Below are positions 19,935 to 28,442 of a stretch of DNA of 64,000 nucleotides, in pieces. Origin of the DNA: Candidatus Acidiferrum sp. GTDB lineage: Bacteria; Acidobacteriota; Terriglobia; Acidiferrales; UBA7541. A program made the translations under genes and the position numbers. Each line of letters begins with the position of its first letter. Position 1 is the first letter of the stretch. The stretch is taken from NCBI GenBank assembly GCA_049512575.1, contig JBEKWY010000007.1, forward strand, positions 1,570-65,569, in the 5' to 3' direction. Below the pieces are notes generated by a model. The model saw only the letters and a list, made by a program, of their open reading frames with translations. It ran no database searches and had not been told where the DNA came from.

Positions 19935-20716
19935 GCGTTGCGCACATCCATCTGCAGGCATCGGTCGCGCCCAGTGCGAAGCTGGGCTCTGGCGTGCAGA
20001 TCGGTCCGTACGCGGTGGTCGGCGATGGAGTGGAGTTGGGGGACGGCTGCGTGCTGCATGCACACGCGGTGGTGCAAGGTCCGTCGACGATTGGCCGGGA
20101 CAATGTGTTTCATCCCTTCAGCTCGGTGGGCGGCGATCCGCAAGACCTTGGGTTTCGCGGAGAGCACACCGAACTCGTCGTCGGCGAGGGAAATACGTTT
20201 CGCGAATATGTGACGGTCAGTCGCGGCACGGCGAAGGGTGGCGGACGGACGACCATCGGCAACAGGAATATGTTTCTGGCTTCGTCACACGTTGGGCACG
20301 ACTCCCACGTTGGCGACAACAACTTGTTTGTAAATGCAGCGACGCTGGCCGGGCATGTAACCGTCGAAGATTTCGCAACGATTGGATTTTCCTCGCCCGT
20401 GCACCAATTTTGCCGCGTGGGAAGCTACGCCTACGTCGGTGCCTCCACGGTGATCACTCAGGACGTGCCGCCATTTTCCCTGGTGGTGACCGAACGGGAG
20501 ACCACGTGTTTCGGCATCAATAAAATAGGCCTGCAGCGCAAAGGCTTCTCCGAGGAACGCATGCAGGCGCTGCAACGCGCGTTCCGCCTGTTGTTGCGCT
20601 CCAAGCTGAATACCAATCAGGCTTTGAACGAGATGCGCGCTTCCATGGCGGATTCCGCCGACGTTGCCGAACTCGTCCGGTTTATCGAGACCGCGGAGCG
20701 GGGGATCGTCAAGTAG
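19931..20716 (+). CDS. lpxA: UDP-N-acetylglucosamine acyltransferase LpxA
   Basis: Hexapeptide repeats, GGDPQDL, REYVTVSRGT, HVGHD, LAGHV, HQF, QDVPP. Start reset to ATG 19931. Confidence 0.96.
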   Translation: MSVAHIHLQASVAPSAKLGSGVQIGPYAVVGDGVELGDGCVLHAHAVVQGPSTIGRDNVFHPFSSVGGDPQDLGFRGEHTELVVGEGNTFREYVTVSRGTAKGGGRTTIGNRNMFLASSHVGHDSHVGDNNLFVNAATLAGHVTVEDFATIGFSSPVHQFCRVGSYAYVGASTVITQDVPPFSLVVTERETTCFGINKIGLQRKGFSEERMQALQRAFRLLLRSKLNTNQALNEMRASMADSADVAELVRFIETAERGIVK

Positions 20717-20736
20717 GCTCGGCCGAACGGCCATTC

Positions 20737-21609
20737 ATGACCGATGCAATCACTTCTGGTTGGGGACTCATCGCCGGAAACGGACGCTTTCCGTTTCTGG
20801 TCCTGGAAGGCGCGCGCAGCCAGGGAATCGAGATGGCGGTGATCGCGTTAAAGGAAGAAGCTTCGGCGGAACTTGAGAATTCCGCAAAGCGTCTGCACTG
20901 GGTGAGCCTCGGCGAACTGAGCAAGGCCATTGACCTAATGCACAAAGAAGGCGTCACCCAAGCAGTGATGGCCGGGCAAGTGAAGCACAATAAGATTTTC
21001 AGCGCGATCCGTCCGGACTGGAAACTGGCGAAACTTTTATTCTCGTTGCCGCGAAAAAATACCGACTCGCTGATTGGTGCGGTGGCACGCGTGCTGGAAG
21101 ACGAAGGCATTCGACTGGTGGACTCGACACTTTTTCTAAAACCGCTGGTGCCGGAAGCAGGCGTGTTGACGAAACGCGCGCCGGACGAGCGCGAACGAGC
21201 CGATATCGAATATGGACTCGGAGTGGCGCGGCAGATTTCGGCGATGGACATTGGCCAAACCGTGGTCGTTTCCGACCGCGCGTGCGTGGCTGTCGAGGCG
21301 ATGGAAGGCACGGACGAAACGATCGCGCGGGCTGCGCGCATCACGAACGGAAAACAGCTGGTCGTGGTGAAGGTGAGCAAGCCCGGACAGGACATGCGCT
21401 TCGATGTACCCGTCATTGGCCTGCCCACCATCGAACAGATGAAGAGTGCCCGCGCCACAGCATTGGCCCTCGATGCGGGGCGCACCTTACTGTTCGACAG
21501 AGAAAAATTGTTGGCGCACGCGGATGCTGCGGGAATCGCCATTCAGGCGTTTCCGCCTGCTGCGCCTGTGGAACCGCGGGCCGCGTCCGGGGGAATGAAC
21601 AACGAATGA
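20737..21609 (+). CDS. lpxI: UDP-2,3-diacylglucosamine pyrophosphatase LpxI
   Basis: GLIAGNGRFP, DIGQTVVV, AVEAMEGTDETI, KPGQDMRFDVPVIG; directly follows lpxA. Confidence 0.92.
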   Translation: MTDAITSGWGLIAGNGRFPFLVLEGARSQGIEMAVIALKEEASAELENSAKRLHWVSLGELSKAIDLMHKEGVTQAVMAGQVKHNKIFSAIRPDWKLAKLLFSLPRKNTDSLIGAVARVLEDEGIRLVDSTLFLKPLVPEAGVLTKRAPDERERADIEYGLGVARQISAMDIGQTVVVSDRACVAVEAMEGTDETIARAARITNGKQLVVVKVSKPGQDMRFDVPVIGLPTIEQMKSARATALALDAGRTLLFDREKLLAHADAAGIAIQAFPPAAPVEPRAASGGMNNE

Positions 21610-22607
21610 GCACGGCGGCTGGGGAAACCAAGAAGATCCGTGTCGCCGTCGTCGGTACCGGTGAATTTGGGTGCAACCACGCTCGCGTGTACCGCGAAAT
21701 CCAGGGCGCCGAACTCGTTGGCATCTATGACAAAGATTCCGGGCGCGCGGCGCAGGTCGCGGCCGAATTTCAAACGCGCTCTCTGGAGTCGCTCGAAGAT
21801 TTGCGAGGCGCGGCCGATGCCGTGAGCGTTGCTGTCCCGACCGTCCAGCATGCGTCTGTGGGTTGTCGGCTGATGGAGATGGGCCTCGATGTACTCATCG
21901 AGAAGCCGATGGCCACGAATTTGGCCGAAGCCGACGAACTGCTTCACGCTGCCAAGCAATTTGGACGCATTCTGCAAGTCGGCCACGTGGAGCGCTTTAA
22001 TCCCGCGGTACTTGCGGTTGAGCCTATACTGAACCATCCCCTCTTTTTCGAGGTGCACCGCCTGGGCGTCTTTACGGCGCGCAGCCTGGACGTCGACGTC
22101 ATCTACGACCTGATGATCCACGACCTGGACATATTGCTGACGCTCGTCAAGGAAAACGTGACCGAAGTAAAAGCGGTAGGAATTCCGGTGCTGACCGACA
22201 AGGTCGATATCGCGCACGCGCGCCTGGAGTTTGCGGGCGGCGCGGTGGCCAACGTCACCGCCAGCCGGGTTTCCACCGAGCGTGTGCGGAAAATGCGTTT
22301 TTTTCAGCAGCACGAATATATTTCGCTGGACTACGCGCGCCGTGATGCGCTGCGGGTGGCGGTGAAGCGGCCCGGACCTCAGCCGGAATTTGCGTTTGAG
22401 AAGCTGACGGCACCGGCAGTCGAGCCGTTGCGCGCCGAACTGGAAGAGTTTGTCGCCGCAGTCCGTACCCGGCGCGAACCGCGGACCAGCGGCCGTGCCG
22501 GCCGCGCCGCGCTTGAATTGGCGGAACGTGTGATGGCAAGCATCCAGGAGCACGGTGAGCGCGTCCAATTGCTAGCCTTTGCCACCGCGCAGAAAACAAA
22601 CGAATGA
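21606..22607 (+). CDS. Gfo/Idh/MocA oxidoreductase (GnnA-like candidate)
   Basis: VAVVGTGEFG, VLIEKP, QVGHVERFNP, DVDVIYDLMIHDLD; coupled to lpxI by ATGA overlap. Confidence 0.85.
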   Translation: MSTAAGETKKIRVAVVGTGEFGCNHARVYREIQGAELVGIYDKDSGRAAQVAAEFQTRSLESLEDLRGAADAVSVAVPTVQHASVGCRLMEMGLDVLIEKPMATNLAEADELLHAAKQFGRILQVGHVERFNPAVLAVEPILNHPLFFEVHRLGVFTARSLDVDVIYDLMIHDLDILLTLVKENVTEVKAVGIPVLTDKVDIAHARLEFAGGAVANVTASRVSTERVRKMRFFQQHEYISLDYARRDALRVAVKRPGPQPEFAFEKLTAPAVEPLRAELEEFVAAVRTRREPRTSGRAGRAALELAERVMASIQEHGERVQLLAFATAQKTNE

Positions 22608-23929
22608 TTCCCAGATTCCTCGTTCCTCTTGGGTCTAAGCCGCCGGCGGTGGACGCTCCGTCGTCGCGCCGCCGCCCTACCACGCTCGACGAGCGCACGC
22701 TGGTACCGGCAATGCTTCCCATCGTTCAGCTGGACGGTCACAGCACCATCCCGTCGTCGCTGCCGCTGGAGTCGATCGCCGCGCGCGTGGTGGTGCCTCG
22801 CGACGTCAAGCACGCGGAAATCGTAGTCGAAGAAACGAATCACCTGCCGCTGCAGCCGACCGACATGGACGAGCGCATCACCGTCCCGCAAGGCGCTGCG
22901 CCTCCACTAATCGTCACTCCGCTGGAGAACATTCCGTCCGACCTGGTCGAGACCGATATTTTCATGACCGGCGAGGTCAATCTCCTCAACAAGGAGCCTT
23001 CGCCAGAGCACAACAGAGCGGAGCTGATCAAATCGATCTCTTCGTTCGCCTTCCACGTGCTGTTCATCGCGCTGATTATCCTCGAACCGAAGATTTTTCC
23101 TCCTCATCAGCGAACGCGGGAAGAGGACGAACTGGCTCGGCGCCAGATGACCATCCTGCTTCCGCCCGGCGCGCTCGACGAGTTGAAAGCGGCGCCGCGC
23201 CCTAGGCCGCCTGCGGTGCATGTCGATCCCCGCGTGCTTCGCAAGGTGGCGCCGCCCACGCCACAGCCCGTCGCCCCTCCTCCTGTGCCCCAACCGGAAC
23301 GCGCCAAGGAGCTGCCGTCCGCGCCCACACCGCAACCGAACGCGACGCCACCCAAATCGGATGACGCTGCGAAGGCCGACGCCCCCAAGCAGCCTCTGAA
23401 ACTCGAAACGCCCCAACAGCAACCCACCGAGCACGCCCTTCTTCTGCCAAAGAGTTCGTTGGGCAGTTCGCTCCACGATTCGATCCGTGAATCTTCAAAA
23501 ATGAACGCTCCGATGGCCGGGGGAGGACAGATGCCCGGTGGAAGCAGTACTCCAGTGGGTGGAGGGCACGGCGCGGGAATGGGCCCGATCGAAATGTTGA
23601 CGCCCACCGAAGGCGTGGATTTCAACGACTATTTGCAGCGAGTCTATCTGACCGTGAAGCGAAATTGGTTTGCCGTGATGCCGGAATCGGTGCGTTTGGG
23701 AGATAAGGGCATCGTGTCTTTACAGTTTCGTATTACGAAAAATGGCGTGGTTCCCGATGGTGAGCCGGTTACCGTGCAGGTGTCCGGGAAAGAACCGCTA
23801 GACCGGGCTGCGATCTCTTCGATTCGCGCGTCTACTCCATTTGAACCGTTACCGCCCCAATTCAGCGGACCGTATATCGAATTGCGATTTACGTATTACT
23901 ATAATTTGCAGCCTGAATACGCGCACTAA
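22604..23929 (+). CDS. TonB family protein (TM anchor, Pro-rich linker, TonB C-terminal domain)
   Basis: TM segment AFHVLFIALIIL, Pro-rich spacer, C-terminal VSGKEPLDRAAISSIRASTPFEPLP..F.G..IELRFTY. Confidence 0.8.
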   Translation: MIPRFLVPLGSKPPAVDAPSSRRRPTTLDERTLVPAMLPIVQLDGHSTIPSSLPLESIAARVVVPRDVKHAEIVVEETNHLPLQPTDMDERITVPQGAAPPLIVTPLENIPSDLVETDIFMTGEVNLLNKEPSPEHNRAELIKSISSFAFHVLFIALIILEPKIFPPHQRTREEDELARRQMTILLPPGALDELKAAPRPRPPAVHVDPRVLRKVAPPTPQPVAPPPVPQPERAKELPSAPTPQPNATPPKSDDAAKADAPKQPLKLETPQQQPTEHALLLPKSSLGSSLHDSIRESSKMNAPMAGGGQMPGGSSTPVGGGHGAGMGPIEMLTPTEGVDFNDYLQRVYLTVKRNWFAVMPESVRLGDKGIVSLQFRITKNGVVPDGEPVTVQVSGKEPLDRAAISSIRASTPFEPLPPQFSGPYIELRFTYYYNLQPEYAH

Positions 23930-24024
23930 GTGAAACTCGTTCGCCAACAAGTTCTCGGCAGTCTTCTAATTGCCTTGTTTGTGTTGATTTTCATCTTTGT
24001 CCGCGCTCGCCATCTTTTGTTCCC

Positions 24025-24999
24025 ATGACTCACGACAAATCGATCTTGCCGCTCGTCGCCATCGTAGGGCCGACGGCTTCGGGCAAATCCACGCTAGGCA
24101 CGTGGCTTGCCGAGCGCGTCGGCGGCGAGGTTGTCGCTTGCGATTCGACGCAACTCTACAAGGGCTTCGACATCGGCACCGCCAAGCCTACCGTTGCCGA
24201 ACGCCGGGGAATTCCGCATCACTTGATCGACGTCCTGACGCCAGAGCAAGACGCGACCGCCGGCGGATACCGGCAGATGGCCATCGCGGTCCTCGATGAT
24301 CTGCGCCGCCGCGGCCGCGTCCCCGTCTTTACCGTTGGCACCGGGCTTTACTTGCGCGCCCTGTTGGAAGGATTAGCCGATGTTCCGCAAAGATCGGAAG
24401 AGTTGCGCGCGCGATTGCGCGCCGTCATCGAGAGTCATTCGCCGGGTCATTTGCATCGCATCCTGCGGCGCCTCGATGCAGAAGCCTCGCGCAAAATCGC
24501 GCCGGGCGACGAACAAAAGCTGATACGTGCCGTTGAGATCTGCCTGCTGGCGAAGCGCCCTTTGTCCGTAGTCCATCGCTCCGGCCGCGTACCGTTGGAG
24601 GGATGGCGCCCGGTGAAAATTGGCTTGATGCCACCGCGTGAGGCTCTCTACGAGCGAATTCATGCGCGCACCGACGCGATGCTCGCACATGGCTGGATTG
24701 ACGAAGTGCGCGCGCTGCTCGCCGGCGGCTTGGCCGAAAACGCGAAACCTTTCGACTTTATCGGGTATCGCGAACTGCGTGCAGTTCTGCGCGGAAATAT
24801 GAAGATGGAAGAAGCCCGCAACGCCATTCAACAGGTCACGCGACGCTACGCCAAGCGTCAAACGACATGGTTCCGCAAAGAGGCCGGCGTTCGCTGGTGT
24901 GAGGGTTTCGGCGACGGTCCGCAGGTGCAAGACCAGGCTCTGAAGTGGATCCAGCAAGCCCTCGATCCAAGTCGCGATGCGCAAGCTACCAGCGTATAA
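24025..24999 (+). CDS. miaA: tRNA dimethylallyltransferase MiaA
   Basis: GPTASGKS, DSTQLYKGFDIGTAKP, PHHLID, GTGLY, IGYRE, RRYAKRQTTWF. Confidence 0.97.
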   Translation: MTHDKSILPLVAIVGPTASGKSTLGTWLAERVGGEVVACDSTQLYKGFDIGTAKPTVAERRGIPHHLIDVLTPEQDATAGGYRQMAIAVLDDLRRRGRVPVFTVGTGLYLRALLEGLADVPQRSEELRARLRAVIESHSPGHLHRILRRLDAEASRKIAPGDEQKLIRAVEICLLAKRPLSVVHRSGRVPLEGWRPVKIGLMPPREALYERIHARTDAMLAHGWIDEVRALLAGGLAENAKPFDFIGYRELRAVLRGNMKMEEARNAIQQVTRRYAKRQTTWFRKEAGVRWCEGFGDGPQVQDQALKWIQQALDPSRDAQATSV

Positions 25000-25089
25000 T
25001 CCGAATCGTGGAGAAAGGCTCCTTCCGCAAACTGTTCCCACAACCACTGACGCCTCCATCGGCACCATGACGCCAATCCAATTCAAGCC

Positions 25090-26472
25090 ATGAAGACTCA
25101 GCATCAGACCTCGTCCGCGGAACGCGCCTTACTCGTCGGCGTGACCTGGAAACGCGCCCGTCGCATTCCGGGAACGCTCGCGGGTGAGCAGGGCCGCGAA
25201 TCTCTCGCCGAACTCGTCGAACTGGCGCGCAGCGCCGGCGCCGAAGTCACGGGCACGGTATACCAGGTGCGCGACGCTGCCGATCCGGCGACCCTCGTCG
25301 GGCGCGGCAAGTTGGATGAGATTCGCGCCGAAGCAACGGCTCACAAGGCGCCGCTAATCATATTCGATGGCAACTTGTCGCCGGTTCAGCAGCGCAACAT
25401 CGAGGCTCTGACCGAGTGCCGCGTCATCGACCGCACGCAACTCATTCTGGACATTTTCGCGCGCCACGCGCGCAGCCGCGAAGGGCAGTTACAGGTCGAA
25501 CTCGCGCAGTTGAACTACATGCTGCCGCGCCTGACCGGGCGTGGCACGTCGATGTCCAGGTTGGGCGGAAAGAGCGGCGGGGGCGGCGCGGGTGGCGCCG
25601 GCGGCGGAGCAGGGCGCATTGGCGTACGCGGTCCCGGCGAAAAAAAATTAGAAACCGACCGGCGCCGCATTCGCGACCGCGTCAGTAAGATTCAGAAGGC
25701 CATCGACAACGTCCGCAAACAGCGATCTCTTCGCCGCGAGGCCCGCAACGCTATCCCGCTCGGCACCGTGGCGCTGGTGGGGTACACCAACGCCGGCAAG
25801 TCCACGCTGTTCAATGCGCTCAGTCGCGCCGAAGTCCTGGTTTCCTCGCGCATGTTCGCGACTCTCGATCCCACGATTCGCGCCATCCGTTTGCCGTCGA
25901 ACCGTCGCGTGCTGGTGTCCGACACCGTCGGATTCATCCGCGATCTTCCCAAGGGTTTGCTTACTGCCTTTCGCGCGACCCTGGAAGAAGTCCAGGAAGC
26001 CGCCGTGATTCTGCACGTCAGCGATGTCTCGAATCCGCATCACGACGAACTGGACGAAGAAGTCGACAAGATTCTCGCCGACCTCGGCGTGACCAATCGG
26101 CCGAAGCTGCGTGTCTTGAACAAGATCGACCTGCTGTCGCCGCTGCTGAGAGAAACGCTCGAATCCAGTGTCGCGAGAGCAGGTGACTCCGGGCCAGTCC
26201 TGGTCTCCGGCCTGACGGGAAAAGGCATCGACGAACTGCTGAGGCGTATTGATGCCGCCATGCCTGTCGATCCGGTGGTGACCATGTCGCTGCGGCTGCC
26301 CCTGGCCGAGGGCCGCACGCTTGCCTTGGTCCACGCCATGGGACGCGTGCTGCACTCTGTAGTCGAAGATTCCCACATGCTGATGGATGCCGAAGTGCCG
26401 GTCTCGATTGCGCGTAGCCTCCGTTTGAGCGAATATACCGCCCAGGGAACTTCTAAACTCGCGCTTACGTAA
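25090..26472 (+). CDS. hflX: Ribosome-splitting GTPase HflX
   Basis: DRTQLILDIFA, GQLQVELAQL, GYTNAGKST, FATLDPT, DTVGFI, NKID. Confidence 0.97.
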   Translation: MKTQHQTSSAERALLVGVTWKRARRIPGTLAGEQGRESLAELVELARSAGAEVTGTVYQVRDAADPATLVGRGKLDEIRAEATAHKAPLIIFDGNLSPVQQRNIEALTECRVIDRTQLILDIFARHARSREGQLQVELAQLNYMLPRLTGRGTSMSRLGGKSGGGGAGGAGGGAGRIGVRGPGEKKLETDRRRIRDRVSKIQKAIDNVRKQRSLRREARNAIPLGTVALVGYTNAGKSTLFNALSRAEVLVSSRMFATLDPTIRAIRLPSNRRVLVSDTVGFIRDLPKGLLTAFRATLEEVQEAAVILHVSDVSNPHHDELDEEVDKILADLGVTNRPKLRVLNKIDLLSPLLRETLESSVARAGDSGPVLVSGLTGKGIDELLRRIDAAMPVDPVVTMSLRLPLAEGRTLALVHAMGRVLHSVVEDSHMLMDAEVPVSIARSLRLSEYTAQGTSKLALT

Positions 26473-26492
26473 CTTGGAGTGGAGACACTACG

Positions 26493-26693
26493 ATGGCTGC
26501 CTTTCTGCTGTGGGTCATTTTATTTATCTTGTGCTGGCCGCTGGCATTGCTGGCGCTGATCGCCTATCCCTTCGTCTGGCTGATTCTGCTTCCTTTCCGC
26601 ATCGTGGGCATCGCTGTCGGCGGCGTGCTTGAACTTATCAGCGCCATTTTGTTCCTGCCGGTGCGCCTGTTGCGTGGTCCTCGTGCAATTTGA
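26493..26693 (+). CDS. Small hydrophobic membrane protein (66 aa)
   Basis: GGAG RBS; almost entirely hydrophobic with Pro periodicity. Confidence 0.65.
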   Translation: MAAFLLWVILFILCWPLALLALIAYPFVWLILLPFRIVGIAVGGVLELISAILFLPVRLLRGPRAI

Positions 26694-26811
26694 GCAAGTT
26701 ACGGCGATGGAAGGCCATAACTCTGCGGTAAAGTTGCGCGGAATGGAGCTTTTCGGTGCTCCGGGGGCCACAAGACTGCGGCCGCCACGCCGCCGGCTGA
26801 GTTCCCTATAT

Positions 26812-26832
26812 TGTGGAAAACGCTGTGGAAAC
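26812..26832 (-). promoter_or_regulatory. Tandem DnaA-box-like 9-mers
   Basis: Minus strand TTTTCCACA (fits TTWTNCACA) and GTTTCCACA (1 mismatch), 3 bp apart. Confidence 0.3.
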
Positions 26833-27114
26833 AAAAAAATAGCCCCTCTGGCCTTTAGCGCGCACGATTAGCTAGGTTCGCCCAAATCTCGCCTGTCCTC
26901 TTTGTAAGCCGCACATAACAAATAGCTTGTTGTGATTGACGAATCCGTTCATGCTCTGAACGGATGGCACCGCGGTTCCAAAGCTAATTCCAACATTTGC
27001 ACAGGTTTGCAGCCTAGGTGTTACGAAAAAGTATTCTGCGCGCCCGGTGAAACCTTTCGGCGTGGTTAACCCGGAAGTACTTGCCCCCACGCCGCTTACC
27101 GCGCTCCGCGGGCG

Positions 27115-27143
27115 TTGACGCCTGCGTAACCCGGGTCTATAGT
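27115..27143 (+). promoter_or_regulatory. sigma70 promoter upstream of pgsA
   Basis: TTGACG-N17-TATAGT. Confidence 0.7.
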
Positions 27144-27199
27144 GAGGCTCGGCGGTGGTTAGTGGCCGAGAAGACTAGCTCTTCCACTGCTAAGCGCCC

Positions 27200-27826
27200 A
27201 TGAACCTCCCCAACGGATTGACGCTGCTTCGGATTTTTTTCGTTCCCGTCCTCATTGTGATTCTGCTGACTCGTAGCCCAAACGTAGAGTTGTGGGGGTT
27301 CCCCATGCATTTCGAGTTTTGGGGTGTCTTGATTCTTCTCATGGCTGCCGCCACCGACTGGGCCGACGGTTATTTTGCGCGGCGCCGGTTGCAGGTCACC
27401 ACCCTGGGGATGCTTCTGGATCCGATTGCGGACAAATTGCTGATTTCCGCCGCATTTATTTCCTTGGTGAGCATGCAGCTGGTACCTGCATGGATGGTCG
27501 TCATTATCGTCGGGCGCGAATTCACGGTCCAGGGACTGCGAAGCATCGCCTCGACCGAAGGCTTCACGATAAACGCCTCGATCCTCGGGAAGACGAAAAT
27601 GGTTCTGCAGGTCTGCGCCGTCGCGGTCCTGATCGCCGGCGCAAGACATCCCTCGTTGAAGCCACTCGCTTTGCTATTGCTGTGGCTGGTGGTCGCGAGC
27701 GCCTTGGTTTCTGCTGCGCAGTATTTCCTGCGTTTCTGGGGACAGCTCGACGATCGCATCAAGCAACGCCGAAAGCTTCGCTTGCTGCAGGGCCGCGAGA
27801 AAACCGAGGATGCTGTCCCTCTCTGA
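27200..27826 (+). CDS. pgsA: CDP-diacylglycerol--glycerol-3-phosphate 3-phosphatidyltransferase
   Basis: NLPNGLTLLR; TDWADGYFARR..TTLGMLLDPIADK CDP-alcohol phosphotransferase motif; GKTKMVLQ. Confidence 0.9.
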   Translation: MNLPNGLTLLRIFFVPVLIVILLTRSPNVELWGFPMHFEFWGVLILLMAAATDWADGYFARRRLQVTTLGMLLDPIADKLLISAAFISLVSMQLVPAWMVVIIVGREFTVQGLRSIASTEGFTINASILGKTKMVLQVCAVAVLIAGARHPSLKPLALLLLWLVVASALVSAAQYFLRFWGQLDDRIKQRRKLRLLQGREKTEDAVPL

Positions 27827-28373
27827 AGCTGACCGCCAGAATCTGCTGCGCTTGGCGCGGCACGCTGTTGAGGAGGCTGTCTCCCGCACTCAGCTCCCAG
27901 AGAATATTCCCCACGATGGAGTTTTCGCCGAGCGGTGCGGAGTGTTTGTGACGCTACGCTCTGGACGACGCCTGCGCGGCTGCATAGGCGTCATCGATGC
28001 GGACGAACCACTGGGAGACAGCGTTGTGCGCTGCGCCGCCAGTGCCGCTTTGCAGGACCCTCGCTTCGCGCCCGTGCGGCTGGAAGATCTTGGCGCACTT
28101 CAGATTGAGATATCGCTGCTTTCGCCGCCCGCCGCGATCGATCCCACCGAAATTGAGGTCGGCCGCCACGGCCTGCTCATTGCACAGGGTACGCGCCGGG
28201 GCCTTCTGCTCCCGCAAGTTGCTGCGGAGCACGGCCTTACTCGCGAGCAATTTCTCGAAGAAGCCTGCCGGAAAGCTTTATTGCCTCGGGAAGCGTGGCG
28301 GGATGCCGAGACCCAAGTCTTTGGATTTACGTGCGAGGTCTTCATCGACGACGGTGCTTCGCCCGGCGAGTGA
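27810..28373 (+). CDS. AMMECR1-domain protein (AmmeMemoRadiSam protein A family)
   Basis: GVFVTL..LRGCIG, AALQDPRF, IEISLLS, GRHGLLI..RGLLLPQVA. Confidence 0.92.
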   Translation: MLSLSEADRQNLLRLARHAVEEAVSRTQLPENIPHDGVFAERCGVFVTLRSGRRLRGCIGVIDADEPLGDSVVRCAASAALQDPRFAPVRLEDLGALQIEISLLSPPAAIDPTEIEVGRHGLLIAQGTRRGLLLPQVAAEHGLTREQFLEEACRKALLPREAWRDAETQVFGFTCEVFIDDGASPGE

Positions 28374-28379
28374 GCTTGG

Positions 28380-28417
28380 AAAAAAAAAAAGCCCGCGCGA
28401 GAAGCGCCCGCGCGGGC
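28380..28417 (-). terminator. Rho-independent terminator for the minus-strand gene 28443-29324
   Basis: 9-bp GC stem GCCCGCGCG/CGCGCGGGC with an 11-nt A run on plus (U tail on minus). Confidence 0.75.
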
Positions 28418-28442
28418 CTTGAAGATCTGCCGGCATTTCAAA

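Noticed and set aside
26872-27090. 72-aa minus-strand ORF, or a riboswitch in the hflX-pgsA gap
   Set aside because: No RBS or family motif; I could not match c-di-GMP, c-di-AMP, SAM, TPP or cobalamin consensus elements by eye.
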